Assembly: GCA_043815815.1 (NCBI GenBank)
Contig: JBDRIO010000029.1
Coordinates: 13,650 to 77,649 of the forward strand
Length of the DNA: 64,000 nt
Direction of reading: 5' to 3'
Origin: Candidatus Eiseniibacteriota bacterium
GTDB lineage: Bacteria > Joyebacterota > Joyebacteria > Joyebacterales > Joyebacteraceae
Shown here: piece after piece, positions 1 to 8,298 of the stretch
How the letters are laid out: each line of letters opens with the position of its first letter
Position numbering within the stretch: position 1 is the first letter of the stretch
Notes under the pieces: model-generated
Databases searched by the model: none
What the model was told of the DNA's origin: nothing
Seen by the model: only the letters and a program-made list of their open reading frames with translations
Translations under genes and position numbers: made by a program

Positions 1-321
1 ACCGAAGATGGCCATCAGGAGAACCGCAATGAACTCTGTCCGGTGCTTGCGGCGGGCGTCTCCGTCAGCGGCGGGTACCAGCAGTTGGCGCCAGACGCTC
101 TCCGTTGAGAGCTTCGCGAACTCGTGGTGCAGGGTCTCGGCGTCACCCATCCGACGGATGGATACAATGAAGGCCTCCTCGACGCTCACGCCACGCCCGG
201 TGAGTTCGTCGATGCTGTCCCGAAGGTGAGACTCCAACTCCTCCACATCCTGAGCTCCGAGCGAGCCGGCTGACTGGACGTGCCGGCGCCACTTCCGGAT
301 CTGTGATTCCAGCTCAAACAT
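1..321 (-). CDS. PadR-associated membrane/sensor-type protein, N-terminal part (gene continues beyond window start)
   Basis: Own translation of minus strand. ATG near 321 overlaps the padR stop (ATGTTTGA) and reads MFELESQIRKWRRHVQSAGSLGAQDVEELESHLRDSIDELTGRGVSVEEAFIVSIRRMGDAETLHHEF... with no stop through position 1. An N-terminus of this type is common in the DUF/permease genes co-transcribed after PadR regulators. It is absent from the ORF track because it is truncated. Confidence 0.45.
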   Translation of the reverse strand, partial: MFELESQIRKWRRHVQSAGSLGAQDVEELESHLRDSIDELTGRGVSVEEAFIVSIRRMGDAETLHHEFAKLSTESVWRQLLVPAADGDARRKHRTEFIAVLLMAIFG

Positions 322-664
322 CCTCCGCTCCCGTCTTTCCGGGTTCCGCAAGGCGCTGAAGGGCACTGTGGACGACATCCCACTGCTCCTTGAGACGCGC
401 AAGCTCAACCTCGCCCTGACGTGTGATGCGGTAGTACTTCCTGCGCCGTCCGCTGTCGGCGGTCTTCCATGTCGATCTCACGAAGCCGGCTGCCTCCAGC
501 CGGTGCAGCACCGGGTAGAGCATGCCGTCGGTCCACGCGATGCGCTCTCCGGAGACCTCCCGCACCCTTCTGATGATGGCGTACCCGTAGCTGTCACCCT
601 GTCGCAGGAGGGACAGCACGATCGGCGTCGCCGACGCCGCCACCAGGTCCTTCTGGATGTCCAC
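314..664 (-). CDS. padR: PadR family transcriptional regulator
   Basis: 116 aa. Winged-HTH PadR signature: YGYAIIRRVREVSGERIAWTDGMLYPVLHRLEAAGFV...RRKYYRITRQGEVELARLKEQW. Confidence 0.9.
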   Translation of the reverse strand: MDIQKDLVAASATPIVLSLLRQGDSYGYAIIRRVREVSGERIAWTDGMLYPVLHRLEAAGFVRSTWKTADSGRRRKYYRITRQGEVELARLKEQWDVVHSALQRLAEPGKTGAEDV

Positions 665-737
665 GGGTGCGCCTCTCCCTGCCTGCGTCCGCCCACTGGG
701 GGACTGCTGTTATCATCACGCTGCTACCATAGCATAT

Positions 738-747
738 CTATGCATAG
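738..747. promoter_or_regulatory. Perfect 10-bp palindrome CTATGCATAG in the AT-rich padR/esterase divergent intergenic region (candidate PadR operator)
   Basis: The sequence ctaccatagcatatCTATGCATAGtagtgc sits in an AT-rich island within a 68% GC background, between divergent genes. Confidence 0.3.
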
Positions 748-788
748 TAGTGCAAGGTATTTCTACATGCCGTCTCCAGCCGACCGGC

Positions 789-818
789 ATTGAACACCAT
801 TCATGCCGTGTTGTAGAA
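789..818 (+). promoter_or_regulatory. Candidate sigma70 promoter for the esterase gene (TTGAAC, 18-nt spacer, TAGAAT)
   Basis: Hexamers lie ~45 nt upstream of the ATG at 865. A GGAGGG Shine-Dalgarno precedes the ATG. Confidence 0.35.
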
Positions 819-864
819 TAGTGAAGATAGCAGGCGTTGAATCCCCCCACGCGGAGGGCCACCC

Positions 865-2397
865 ATGTTTGCGAACCGCGCCCGGCATCGCTGTCTTCCA
901 GTGCCCGCTCTCGCTCTTCTTGCCCTGTGCCCGGTCGGAGCCGGCACGTTCTCGGCCCGAGCATCCGAGTACCAGCGCGACACGGCTCCGGTCACGTTCC
1001 AGGTGACCGCTCCCACCACGACGCCCCCAGGCGATCCGGTCTACATCGCGGGCGACTTCCAGGGCTGGGACCCCGGCGCTCCAGCCTATCAGCTCACCGA
1101 CCTCGGAGGGCTGCTCTACGAGATCACGCTCGACCTGACAGTCGGAGGCACGATTCAGTTCAAGTTTACGCGCGGGACCTGGGGCAAGGTGGAAAAGGGG
1201 CCGAACGGGGAGGAGATCGCCAACCGGACCCACGCGGTCACCGTTGCTGAGACCCTCGAGCTGACGGTGGCGAACTGGGCCGACCTGCCGGTCAGCACGA
1301 TCACAGGTGACGTGACGACTCACACGGTTCCGGGGTTCTTGAGCGGACGCCGCGTGTGGGTCTACCTGCCGCCGGGCTACCACGTGCGGGCGGACCAGCG
1401 CTATCCCGTGCTCTACATGCTCGACGGACAGAACCTCTTCGACCAGGCCACGAGCTACGCCGGCGAGTGGGAGGTAGACGAGACCTGCGAGAGTCTCATT
1501 CCCGCGGGTTTGATGTCCCCGATCATCGTCGTCGGCGTGGACAACGGAGGTCTCAGCCGCATCTACGAGTACACCCCCTGGTACGATCCGGGCTACGGTA
1601 ATGGGGGTGGCGGCGAGGCCCACCTCCAGGAGCTCATCACAGTCCTCATGCCCTGGGTCGACGCGAACTACCGCACGCTCACCGGGCCACGCGCCACGGG
1701 ACTTGCGGGCTCATCGCTCGGCGGCCTCATGTCGCTGTATGCCGCCTACGCTCATCCCGAGGTGTTCGGTCTCCCTGGAGCTCTGTCCCCGTCTATCTGG
1801 TGGAACGACGACGAACTGCTCAGCTACGCCGGAGGACAGCCAAAGCCGGCCTCGACCGTCTACATGGACATGGGGACGATCGAGTCAGGATCGATGGTGG
1901 ACGAGGACGGGAACGGCGTCGACGACTACATCGATGACCTGCGCGCCATGCGCGACATCATGGTCGGGCAGGGGTTCGTCCTTGATGAGGACCTGATGGT
2001 GGTCGAGGACGAGGGCGGCGTGCACAACGAGTGGCACTGGGCGCAGAGGTTCCCGGGGACTCTCCAGTTCCTGTTCCCGCCGCCGCCGGAGACAGGAGTA
2101 CAGACGAACGCGACGCCGGGACTCGCGATGCTCCGCCCCAACGCGCCGAACCCGTTCAGCGACCGGACCACGCTGCGCTTCGACCTGCCGGATCCCGTCG
2201 ACGTGAGGCTCATGGTCTACGACGTGGCCGGCCGACGGGTACGCGAGCTCACCACGGGACGGTTGCCGGCCGGCCCGCATGAGGTGGTCTGGGACGGACG
2301 GGACGAGCGCGGAGTCCGCGTGGCCAGTGGGATCTACCTGTACCGGATCCACGCGGGGGAGCTCGTCGAGCAGCGGCGGATGGTCGTGCTGAAGTAG
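865..2397 (+). CDS. Secreted esterase (putative-esterase / esterase D / enterochelin-esterase fold) with N-terminal starch/glycogen-binding-type CBM and C-terminal T9SS-type sorting domain
   Basis: Signal peptide MFANRARHRCLPVPALALLALCPVGAG. CBM20/25/48-like region VTFQVTAPTTTPPGDPVYIAGDFQGWDPG...FKFTRGTWGKVE. Esterase core WVYLPPGY...YPVLYMLDGQNLF...GSSLGGLMSLYAAYAHPEVFG. CTD NAPNPFSDRTTLRFDLP...VYDVAGRRVREL...SGIYLYRIHAGE...MVVLK. Confidence 0.8.
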   Translation: MFANRARHRCLPVPALALLALCPVGAGTFSARASEYQRDTAPVTFQVTAPTTTPPGDPVYIAGDFQGWDPGAPAYQLTDLGGLLYEITLDLTVGGTIQFKFTRGTWGKVEKGPNGEEIANRTHAVTVAETLELTVANWADLPVSTITGDVTTHTVPGFLSGRRVWVYLPPGYHVRADQRYPVLYMLDGQNLFDQATSYAGEWEVDETCESLIPAGLMSPIIVVGVDNGGLSRIYEYTPWYDPGYGNGGGGEAHLQELITVLMPWVDANYRTLTGPRATGLAGSSLGGLMSLYAAYAHPEVFGLPGALSPSIWWNDDELLSYAGGQPKPASTVYMDMGTIESGSMVDEDGNGVDDYIDDLRAMRDIMVGQGFVLDEDLMVVEDEGGVHNEWHWAQRFPGTLQFLFPPPPETGVQTNATPGLAMLRPNAPNPFSDRTTLRFDLPDPVDVRLMVYDVAGRRVRELTTGRLPAGPHEVVWDGRDERGVRVASGIYLYRIHAGELVEQRRMVVLK

Positions 2398-2423
2398 TCC
2401 AGGGTCCACATCATTGACACACG

Positions 2424-2458
2424 AGAGGCGGGGGAGACGTCCCCCCGCCTCTTCATGT
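2424..2458 (+). terminator. Rho-independent terminator after the esterase gene
   Basis: Hairpin AGAGGCGGGGG-agacgt-CCCCCCGCCTCT followed by a CTTCAT U-rich stretch. Confidence 0.5.
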
Positions 2459-2580
2459 CCGCGCCTGGTCGACGAATCGAATGGCGTCCGTCGCGGGGAG
2501 CCAACATTCGCGAGCCCGGTCCGCTGCGGCCGGACTCGTGCCTGTTTGCGGGGCCTGGAGGGGGCCGTCCACGATTAACC

Positions 2581-2887
2581 TTGACCTGGACGAGACGGGC
2601 GACTATGCTGTCAGCTAGCAGATGCGACCACGTTGGTATGGTGACATATCCGGAATCTCTAAGGAGGGGCCTGGCGCGCGAGCCGGTCCCTTTTTGCGTT
2701 TCAAGTGCGCCATGAGGCGCCAGCGGGTGTGAAGCCATACCGGCGGTCGGTGAGGACGCCACCTGCAGGGGCGGACAGGCCCCGTCATTGAGGATGTCGG
2801 CGGATCGGGCAAACCGGTTCCCGACAAGACGATCGCAGGTGCAGGGGTCCATCCCCACACCGCGAGAACAAGAGAGGTAGTGTCATA
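2581..2887 (+). promoter_or_regulatory. cspA-1 promoter (TTGACC-17-TATGCT) plus ~270-nt conserved 5' leader with attenuator-like hairpin (2666-2696)
   Basis: -35 TTGACC 2581-2586, 17-nt spacer, -10 TATGCT 2604-2609. Conserved block GCGACCACGTTGGTATGGTGACATATCCGGAATCTCTAAGGAGGGGCCTGGCGCGCGAGCCGGTCCCTTTTTG is shared with the two other csp leaders. Hairpin GGGGCC...GGTCCC followed by a T5 tract. Confidence 0.6.
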
Positions 2888-3106
2888 GTGGGTACGACCG
2901 GAACCGTGAAGTGGTTCAACGACAGCAAGGGCTTCGGATTCATCTCGCTCGAGGACGGGTCGAAGGACGTCTTCGTCCATCACTCGGCGATTCAGAGTGC
3001 TGACGAGTACAAGTCGCTTACCGAAGGCGATCACGTGCAGTTCGACGTCGTCGACGGCGAGAAGGGCCCTGCGGCAGAGAACGTGACGAAGGTCACGGCA
3101 GAGTAG
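2888..3106 (+). CDS. cspA: Cold-shock protein (CspA family, S1-like cold-shock domain)
   Basis: 72 aa; [12 protein letters not shown] and [11 protein letters not shown] motifs; GTG start. Confidence 0.95.
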   Translation: MGTTGTVKWFNDSKGFGFISLEDGSKDVFVHHSAIQSADEYKSLTEGDHVQFDVVDGEKGPAAENVTKVTAE

Positions 3107-3139
3107 CCGACCTTCTTGAGCTGCAAGCTAGCTTAGATC

Positions 3140-3172
3140 GCGGGGCCGCCTCTCGACAGAGGAGCGGCCCCG
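3140..3172 (+). terminator. GC-rich hairpin after cspA-1 lacking a U-tract (partial terminator / RNA stability element)
   Basis: GCGGGGCCGCctctcgacagaggaGCGGCCCCG. The next gene starts 25 nt downstream with an AAGGAG RBS. Confidence 0.35.
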
Positions 3173-3197
3173 TTGCACTAGAGGCCAAGGAGTCCCA

Positions 3198-4703
3198 GTG
3201 AACACCCTTCTGATATACCCCGAGTGTCCGGAAACGTTCTGGAGCCTCACGCACGCGCTCCGGCTCATCAGCAGGAAGGCCGCGGCGCCCCCGCTGGGGC
3301 TGCTGACGGTCGCCGCCATGCTTCCCGGCGATTGGAGGGTCCGTCTGGTCGACCTGAACGTGACCAAGCTCTCCCAGGCCGACCTCGACTGGGGTGACTG
3401 TGCCATGGTAAGCGGCATGATCGTTCAGAGGGAGTCCGCGCGCAAGGTCATCGCTCGCTGCAAGGAGGCAGGCCTCACCGTCATCGCCGGCGGTCCGCTC
3501 TTCTCCACGGAGCACGAGCACTTCGACGGCGTCGATCACTTCGTGCTGGGAGAGGCGGAGGTGACCCTTCGGCCGTTCCTCGCGGATCTCGAGCGGGGGG
3601 AGGCGCGCCGCGTCTATCGTGCGGACGAGTTCGCCGACATGACGACGAGTCCCGTACCTCGCTGGGAGCTCGTGGACCCCAGGCACTACATCTCACGCGG
3701 GATTCAGTTCTCCCGAGGGTGCCCCCGGGACTGCGACTTCTGCGAGGTAACGGAGCTCTTCGGCCATCGCTGGCGAACCAAGACGTCCGCGCAGATCATC
3801 GACGAGCTTGACACCCTCTACCGGCTCGGATGGCGGGGAGTGGTTCCGTTCGTCGACGACAACATCAACGGGAGCCGCAGGCTCCTGCGAGAGACTCTGC
3901 TCCCCGCGCTGATCGAGTGGCGGAAGGGGAAGAGAGGAGTCAGCTTCAGCGCGCAAGCGACGATCGACCTCGCGGATGATCAGGAACTCATGGACATGAT
4001 GGTCCGAGCCGGGTTCGACACGGTGTTCATCGGCATCGAGACGCTTGAGGAAGCGGGCCTGGCGGAGTGCAACAAGCGCCAGAACCGGAACCGCGACCTC
4101 CTGGCCGACGTAAAGAGGATCCAGAGGTCAGGCCTGCAGGTGCAGGGAGGCTTCATCGTAGGGTTCGACAGCGACACTCCTCAGGTCTTCGAGCGGATGG
4201 CGCGCTTCATACAGTCGAGCGGCATCGCGACGGCCATGGTCGGCATGCTTCAGGCTCCCAACGGAACGCCGCTCTACAAGCGACTTGCCCGGGAGGGCAG
4301 GATCCGCCTTCTCGTATCCGGCGACAACTCTGACGGCACGACGAACGTGGTTCCGAGGATGGGCCTCGTGGCGCTCCAGGAGGGCCACAGGAGACTGCTG
4401 CGCGACCTGTACTCCCCGGCGAACTACTATGAGCGTCTGAAGACGTTCCTCCGCGAGTACAGGCCACCACGGACCAGCCCGCGCCTGACCGGTCAGCACG
4501 TTCTCGCGCTCCTGCGGTCCATCTACTCCCTTGCCCTGGCCGGTCGAGAGCACTGGCGCTATCCCGATCTTCTCATGTGGACGCTCTTCCGGAATCCCCG
4601 CGCACTACCCACGGCAGTTGCCCTCGCCATATACGGCTACCACTACCGCCTGCACTACGAACTGGTGACGGGTGCGCCGCTGGTCTCGACGCGCCGCTCC
4701 TAG
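3198..4703 (+). CDS. B12-binding domain-containing radical SAM protein (class B, DUF4070 family)
   Basis: N-terminal cobalamin-binding-like domain; radical SAM CxxxCxxC motif SRGCPRDCDFCEV; C-terminal DUF4070-like region; 501 aa. Confidence 0.85.
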   Translation: MNTLLIYPECPETFWSLTHALRLISRKAAAPPLGLLTVAAMLPGDWRVRLVDLNVTKLSQADLDWGDCAMVSGMIVQRESARKVIARCKEAGLTVIAGGPLFSTEHEHFDGVDHFVLGEAEVTLRPFLADLERGEARRVYRADEFADMTTSPVPRWELVDPRHYISRGIQFSRGCPRDCDFCEVTELFGHRWRTKTSAQIIDELDTLYRLGWRGVVPFVDDNINGSRRLLRETLLPALIEWRKGKRGVSFSAQATIDLADDQELMDMMVRAGFDTVFIGIETLEEAGLAECNKRQNRNRDLLADVKRIQRSGLQVQGGFIVGFDSDTPQVFERMARFIQSSGIATAMVGMLQAPNGTPLYKRLAREGRIRLLVSGDNSDGTTNVVPRMGLVALQEGHRRLLRDLYSPANYYERLKTFLREYRPPRTSPRLTGQHVLALLRSIYSLALAGREHWRYPDLLMWTLFRNPRALPTAVALAIYGYHYRLHYELVTGAPLVSTRRS

Positions 4704-4816
4704 TCGTGTCCCTGGCGACGTCCGGACCCGGTAGTGGATGGTCGCCCGCACGGGCCTCGAGTGCTATAGTGAATTCCAGACACTTGACGCCAGGCGACCC
4801 CCTTGGAGGTGTGTCC

Positions 4817-5545
4817 ATGCCACGCACGCTGCGGCGCTTGATGCGCGTCGCCCTCGCCGCGCTCGCTCCTGTCGTACTGGGCTCACTGGTCTTGGGCTGC
4901 ACACTCGGGATAGACGACTCGGTGCAGGAGTGCTCCGTGACTCCCTCCAGCCTGAGCTTCGGGGCGGTCTCGATAGGGGCCACCGCCGATCAGTCCTTCA
5001 TCCTGGAGAACCTGGGGATAGGCCCGCTGACCGGGTTCATCAGCGAGGACTCCGTCCACTACTCGATCGTCGTAGGCGGAGGGGACTTCAGTCTTCCGTC
5101 CGGTCAGACGACCATCGTAAGCGTGCGTTTCGAGCCGCTGTCCGGCGGCACGAAGACCTGCGAGGTCGACCTGGGGACGGGGCGCTGCTCCGGCGTCACC
5201 TGCACGGGTTCGGGCGGCACCGGGCCGATCTGCGAGATCAATCCGGACAGCCTCGACTTCGGGAGCGTCCCTGTCGGGTCGCACTTCGGCCGGAGCTTCA
5301 GCGTGAGGAACGTGGGCGACGGCACGCTCACTGGAGCCGTGAGCGAGAGCGATCCGCACTTCTCGATCACGGAGGGCGAAGGGACCTACGCCCTGACTCG
5401 GGGGCAGATCCTGCTCGTGGGGGTGCGTTTCGAGCCGACCTCCGAAGGGACGAAGACGGCGGTCATTCAGTTGGGCGGGCAGTGCGCGTCCGTCGCGTGC
5501 GAGGGTGTTGGAGGCCCGCCGCCGGGCGCGTCCGCCAAGCCGTGA
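4817..5545 (+). CDS. Lipoprotein with two tandem ASH / choice-of-anchor-D-like beta-sandwich repeats
   Basis: Lipobox LVLGC after MPRTLRRLMRVALAALAPVVLGS. Two ~105-aa repeats (LSFGAVSIGATADQSFILENLG...VRFEP / LDFGSVPVGSHFGRSFSVRNVG...VRFEP). The ORF track starts earlier at 4577, but the signal peptide supports the ATG at 4817. Confidence 0.6.
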   Translation: MPRTLRRLMRVALAALAPVVLGSLVLGCTLGIDDSVQECSVTPSSLSFGAVSIGATADQSFILENLGIGPLTGFISEDSVHYSIVVGGGDFSLPSGQTTIVSVRFEPLSGGTKTCEVDLGTGRCSGVTCTGSGGTGPICEINPDSLDFGSVPVGSHFGRSFSVRNVGDGTLTGAVSESDPHFSITEGEGTYALTRGQILLVGVRFEPTSEGTKTAVIQLGGQCASVACEGVGGPPPGASAKP

Positions 5546-5703
5546 AGCGTCCTGCGACGGCTCGGGGGCCCTCCCAAGGGACTCCTGCGCGCTCATGTGG
5601 AGGACGTGCTGTCTCAGTAGGGTTCGTGCGGAAGGGACCACCGGAGGGGACGGGCGGATCTCGCAGTCCTGTCCGCCTCCTCACAACCTCGATCGTGGTG
5701 ACA

Positions 5704-7953
5704 CTATTTCACGAGCGTCACCTTGGACGTCCTCGTCTCGCCCGCGGCCTCCAGGCGCACGAAGTACATCCCCGCGCCTAGAGTCAGCCCCTCGCTTCCC
5801 GCGCCGTTCCAGAGCGCTTCGTGCGGCCCACCGGACTTCACACCGTCCTCTATCACCGCCACCTGACGGCCTGCGACGTCGTAGATGCCAAGCCGGACGT
5901 GGGAACGGGCAGGGAGCGAGTAGCGGATGGTCGTCGAGGGTGTGAACGGATTGGGATAGCCCTGCTCGAGGCGCAGACCGGTCTTCGGCGGGTCGCCGCC
6001 GTCGTCCACACCGGTCGAATCCGCGAACTCGTAGATGGCCACCTCGTGCCCCCCGAGGTTCAGGCCCGTGATCTCGTACGCCGGCGTCACCGTGATGTCC
6101 AGGGTGTCGCCGGGGTCGAGCAGGTTCACGAGCGAGTGTTCCCCCGGCTCGAGGTCGGCGGCTGTGCCCGTGACCGCGATGTTGCCCTTGGAGCTGGACG
6201 ACGTGTTGATGAGACACAGCACCGTCTGCGTCTCGTGGCTTCGCACGAACGCCATGACGGCGGAATCCGAGCTCTCGAGCCTGCCGTGCGTGCCCCGCTT
6301 GAGGGCTGGCGACTCGTTCCGCACGTGGATGAGCTTCTTGTACCACTCGAGAAGCGAGCCCTGGTCCTGCTCCTCGTCCTCAACGTTGTAGGTCGTGTAG
6401 TTGCTGTTGACCGAGCGCCAAGGAGAGCCCGTCGTGAACCCTGCGTTCGTTCCGTCGGTCCACTGCATCGGCGTGCGGATGTTGAGGTGGTCGCCGCTCC
6501 CGGTCATGCCGATCTCTTCGCCATAGTAGAGGAACGGAACACCTGGCAGCGTCAGGTAGATGCCCGCGGCCGTCTTCGCCTTCCCCTCGTTCTCGCCCAG
6601 CACCGTGAACGAGCGGTCCTGGTCGTGGTTGGTGAGGAACGTGCAGTACTGGAGATACGGATACAGGTGGTAGACCTCGTTGGCCTTCTGGCTCACCCAG
6701 TCGGCGTAACCATCGTTCGCGGCACCCACCGTCGCGTACGAGAGGTCGAACTCGAAGCAGGTGTCGAGGCGGTCCCCGGTGACGTACTGGAGCACGGTGC
6801 TTGTATTGGTCCATGCCTCGCCGACGGAGAAAGACGTCGGCTTCACGGACTTCACGTGCGCCGTGTAGTCCTCCCAGAACGCGAACGTGGCGGGCACGTT
6901 CTGCAGCTGGCTCCCGTCCTCGTGGACATAGAGGATGGCGTCCAGCCTGAATCCGTCCACACCGATCGTGTCGAGCCAGTACGTCGCGGTCTGGAACATC
7001 GAATCCTTGACGGCCTGCGTCTCGTAGTTCAGGTCCGGCATGCCGCTCGTGAAGAGCCCGTAGTACCAGTCGGAGCCGTCCCGATGCCAGACGTCCTGGC
7101 CCCACGGGCCTGTCTGACCCGGGTTGCTCTCCTCCCACCGGAAGAAGTCGCGATAGAGCGGGTCCGCTTCCGCCGAATCCACGAACCACGGATGCTGGTT
7201 CGAGCAGTGATTCATGACGTAGTCGATGATGACCTTGATGCCGCGGGCGTGCGCCGCCGCGAGGAAGGCCTGGAAGTCCGCCATCGTCCCGTAGTCGGGG
7301 TTGATGGAGCGGTAGTCGACGCCGTCGTAGCCGTGATAGCTGGGGGAGTCGCTGATAGGCATGAGCCAGATCCCGGTGATCCCGAGGTCGTCGTCGGTGG
7401 ACGGGTTCCCGTCGTTCAGGTAGTCGAGCTTCTGCGTCAGCCCCTGGAAGTCGCCGATCCCGTCCCCGTCGCTGTCGTAGAAGCTGCGTACGAAGATCTC
7501 GTAGAAGACCGAGTCGTTCCACCAGTCGAGCTGGCTCGGGTCGTAGCCGCCGCCGGGCTCGAGGTCGTTGTACCAGACGAGGATGGTGTCGTCACTGGCC
7601 GGAACAGTATACACGCGGTTGTTGCCGGCGCCCGGGAACTCCTCGCTCCCGTCCCACTGGCCGTTCTGGCGGAACTTGTACTCGATGTACTCGGAGGTGG
7701 AGAAGCCCGAGAGCGTGACCTCGTAGATCGTGTCTCCGCCGGCGTCGGCGAGAGGCGTGAGGGGGTCGGAGCCCCATCCGTTGAAGGTGCCCGCGAGGTC
7801 GACGAACTCGGTCTGCGGGTCGAAGTTCCCGAGCTCGACCTGGTAGGCCATGCGGACCTGGAACGTGACGTCCACCGCCAGAGCGCTCGAGGCGTTGACG
7901 AGCGCTGTGACGACTACACCGAGCGCGAGCGCTCTCTTGATGCTGCGATTCAT
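5704..7953 (-). CDS. Secreted GH13 alpha-amylase family enzyme with N-terminal starch-binding CBM and C-terminal T9SS-type sorting domain
   Basis: Signal peptide, then CBM region VTFQVRMAYQV...YKFRQNGQWDG. GH13 conserved regions IWLMPI, DYVMNHCS, GFRLDAILYV, VGEAW, FLTNHDQDR. CTD YPNPFTPSTTIRYSLPARSHVRLGIYDVAGRQV...MYFVRLEA...KVTLVK. Confidence 0.9.
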   Translation of the reverse strand: MNRSIKRALALGVVVTALVNASSALAVDVTFQVRMAYQVELGNFDPQTEFVDLAGTFNGWGSDPLTPLADAGGDTIYEVTLSGFSTSEYIEYKFRQNGQWDGSEEFPGAGNNRVYTVPASDDTILVWYNDLEPGGGYDPSQLDWWNDSVFYEIFVRSFYDSDGDGIGDFQGLTQKLDYLNDGNPSTDDDLGITGIWLMPISDSPSYHGYDGVDYRSINPDYGTMADFQAFLAAAHARGIKVIIDYVMNHCSNQHPWFVDSAEADPLYRDFFRWEESNPGQTGPWGQDVWHRDGSDWYYGLFTSGMPDLNYETQAVKDSMFQTATYWLDTIGVDGFRLDAILYVHEDGSQLQNVPATFAFWEDYTAHVKSVKPTSFSVGEAWTNTSTVLQYVTGDRLDTCFEFDLSYATVGAANDGYADWVSQKANEVYHLYPYLQYCTFLTNHDQDRSFTVLGENEGKAKTAAGIYLTLPGVPFLYYGEEIGMTGSGDHLNIRTPMQWTDGTNAGFTTGSPWRSVNSNYTTYNVEDEEQDQGSLLEWYKKLIHVRNESPALKRGTHGRLESSDSAVMAFVRSHETQTVLCLINTSSSSKGNIAVTGTAADLEPGEHSLVNLLDPGDTLDITVTPAYEITGLNLGGHEVAIYEFADSTGVDDGGDPPKTGLRLEQGYPNPFTPSTTIRYSLPARSHVRLGIYDVAGRQVAVIEDGVKSGGPHEALWNGAGSEGLTLGAGMYFVRLEAAGETRTSKVTLVK

Positions 7954-8298
7954 GGCTGACCTTCACCTTCCAGAGGGGGACTCAAGGATGAGTGGCGAAG
8001 CTCCATTCAATTATACCACGTCCTCCCGGTCGACTCCATGACATACCACAGGCGCCCCATGGACAGGCCGCTCTCGAGCGTCTAACTCCGGCCGTTGACC
8101 GGGTAGTCGGCCTCCTGCTACGCTCCCTCCGATTCGGGTCGGCCATCACTCAGTAGCCATCATCGCGCGCCGACGGCAAGGGCTCGTTCATTGGACGCCA
8201 GGGGACGTGGCGTCCCGCGCGTATCCACTCCGGAAACCTGCAGTCCGGCGGGCTCGGATTCGCGGAAACCAGTCCTGCCGAAGCCAGGGGGACCGAAG

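Noticed and set aside
8-229. 73-aa plus-strand ORF at the window start (and 186-383 minus)
   Set aside because: They overlap the better-supported minus-strand gene that continues from padR (MFELESQIRKWRRH...). The composition is Arg/Ser-rich and there is no RBS.
5821-7959. 712-aa ORF antisense to the GH13 amylase gene (and similar long antisense ORFs at 13074-16172, 19355-21064, 23249-25540, 27027-29804, 32450-34348, 46488-49745, 51690-53330, 54507-55901, 10893-12224)
   Set aside because: These are typical high-GC artefacts. Their translations are Arg/Gly/Pro-rich low-complexity strings with no domain signatures, while the opposite strand encodes proteins with unambiguous family motifs.
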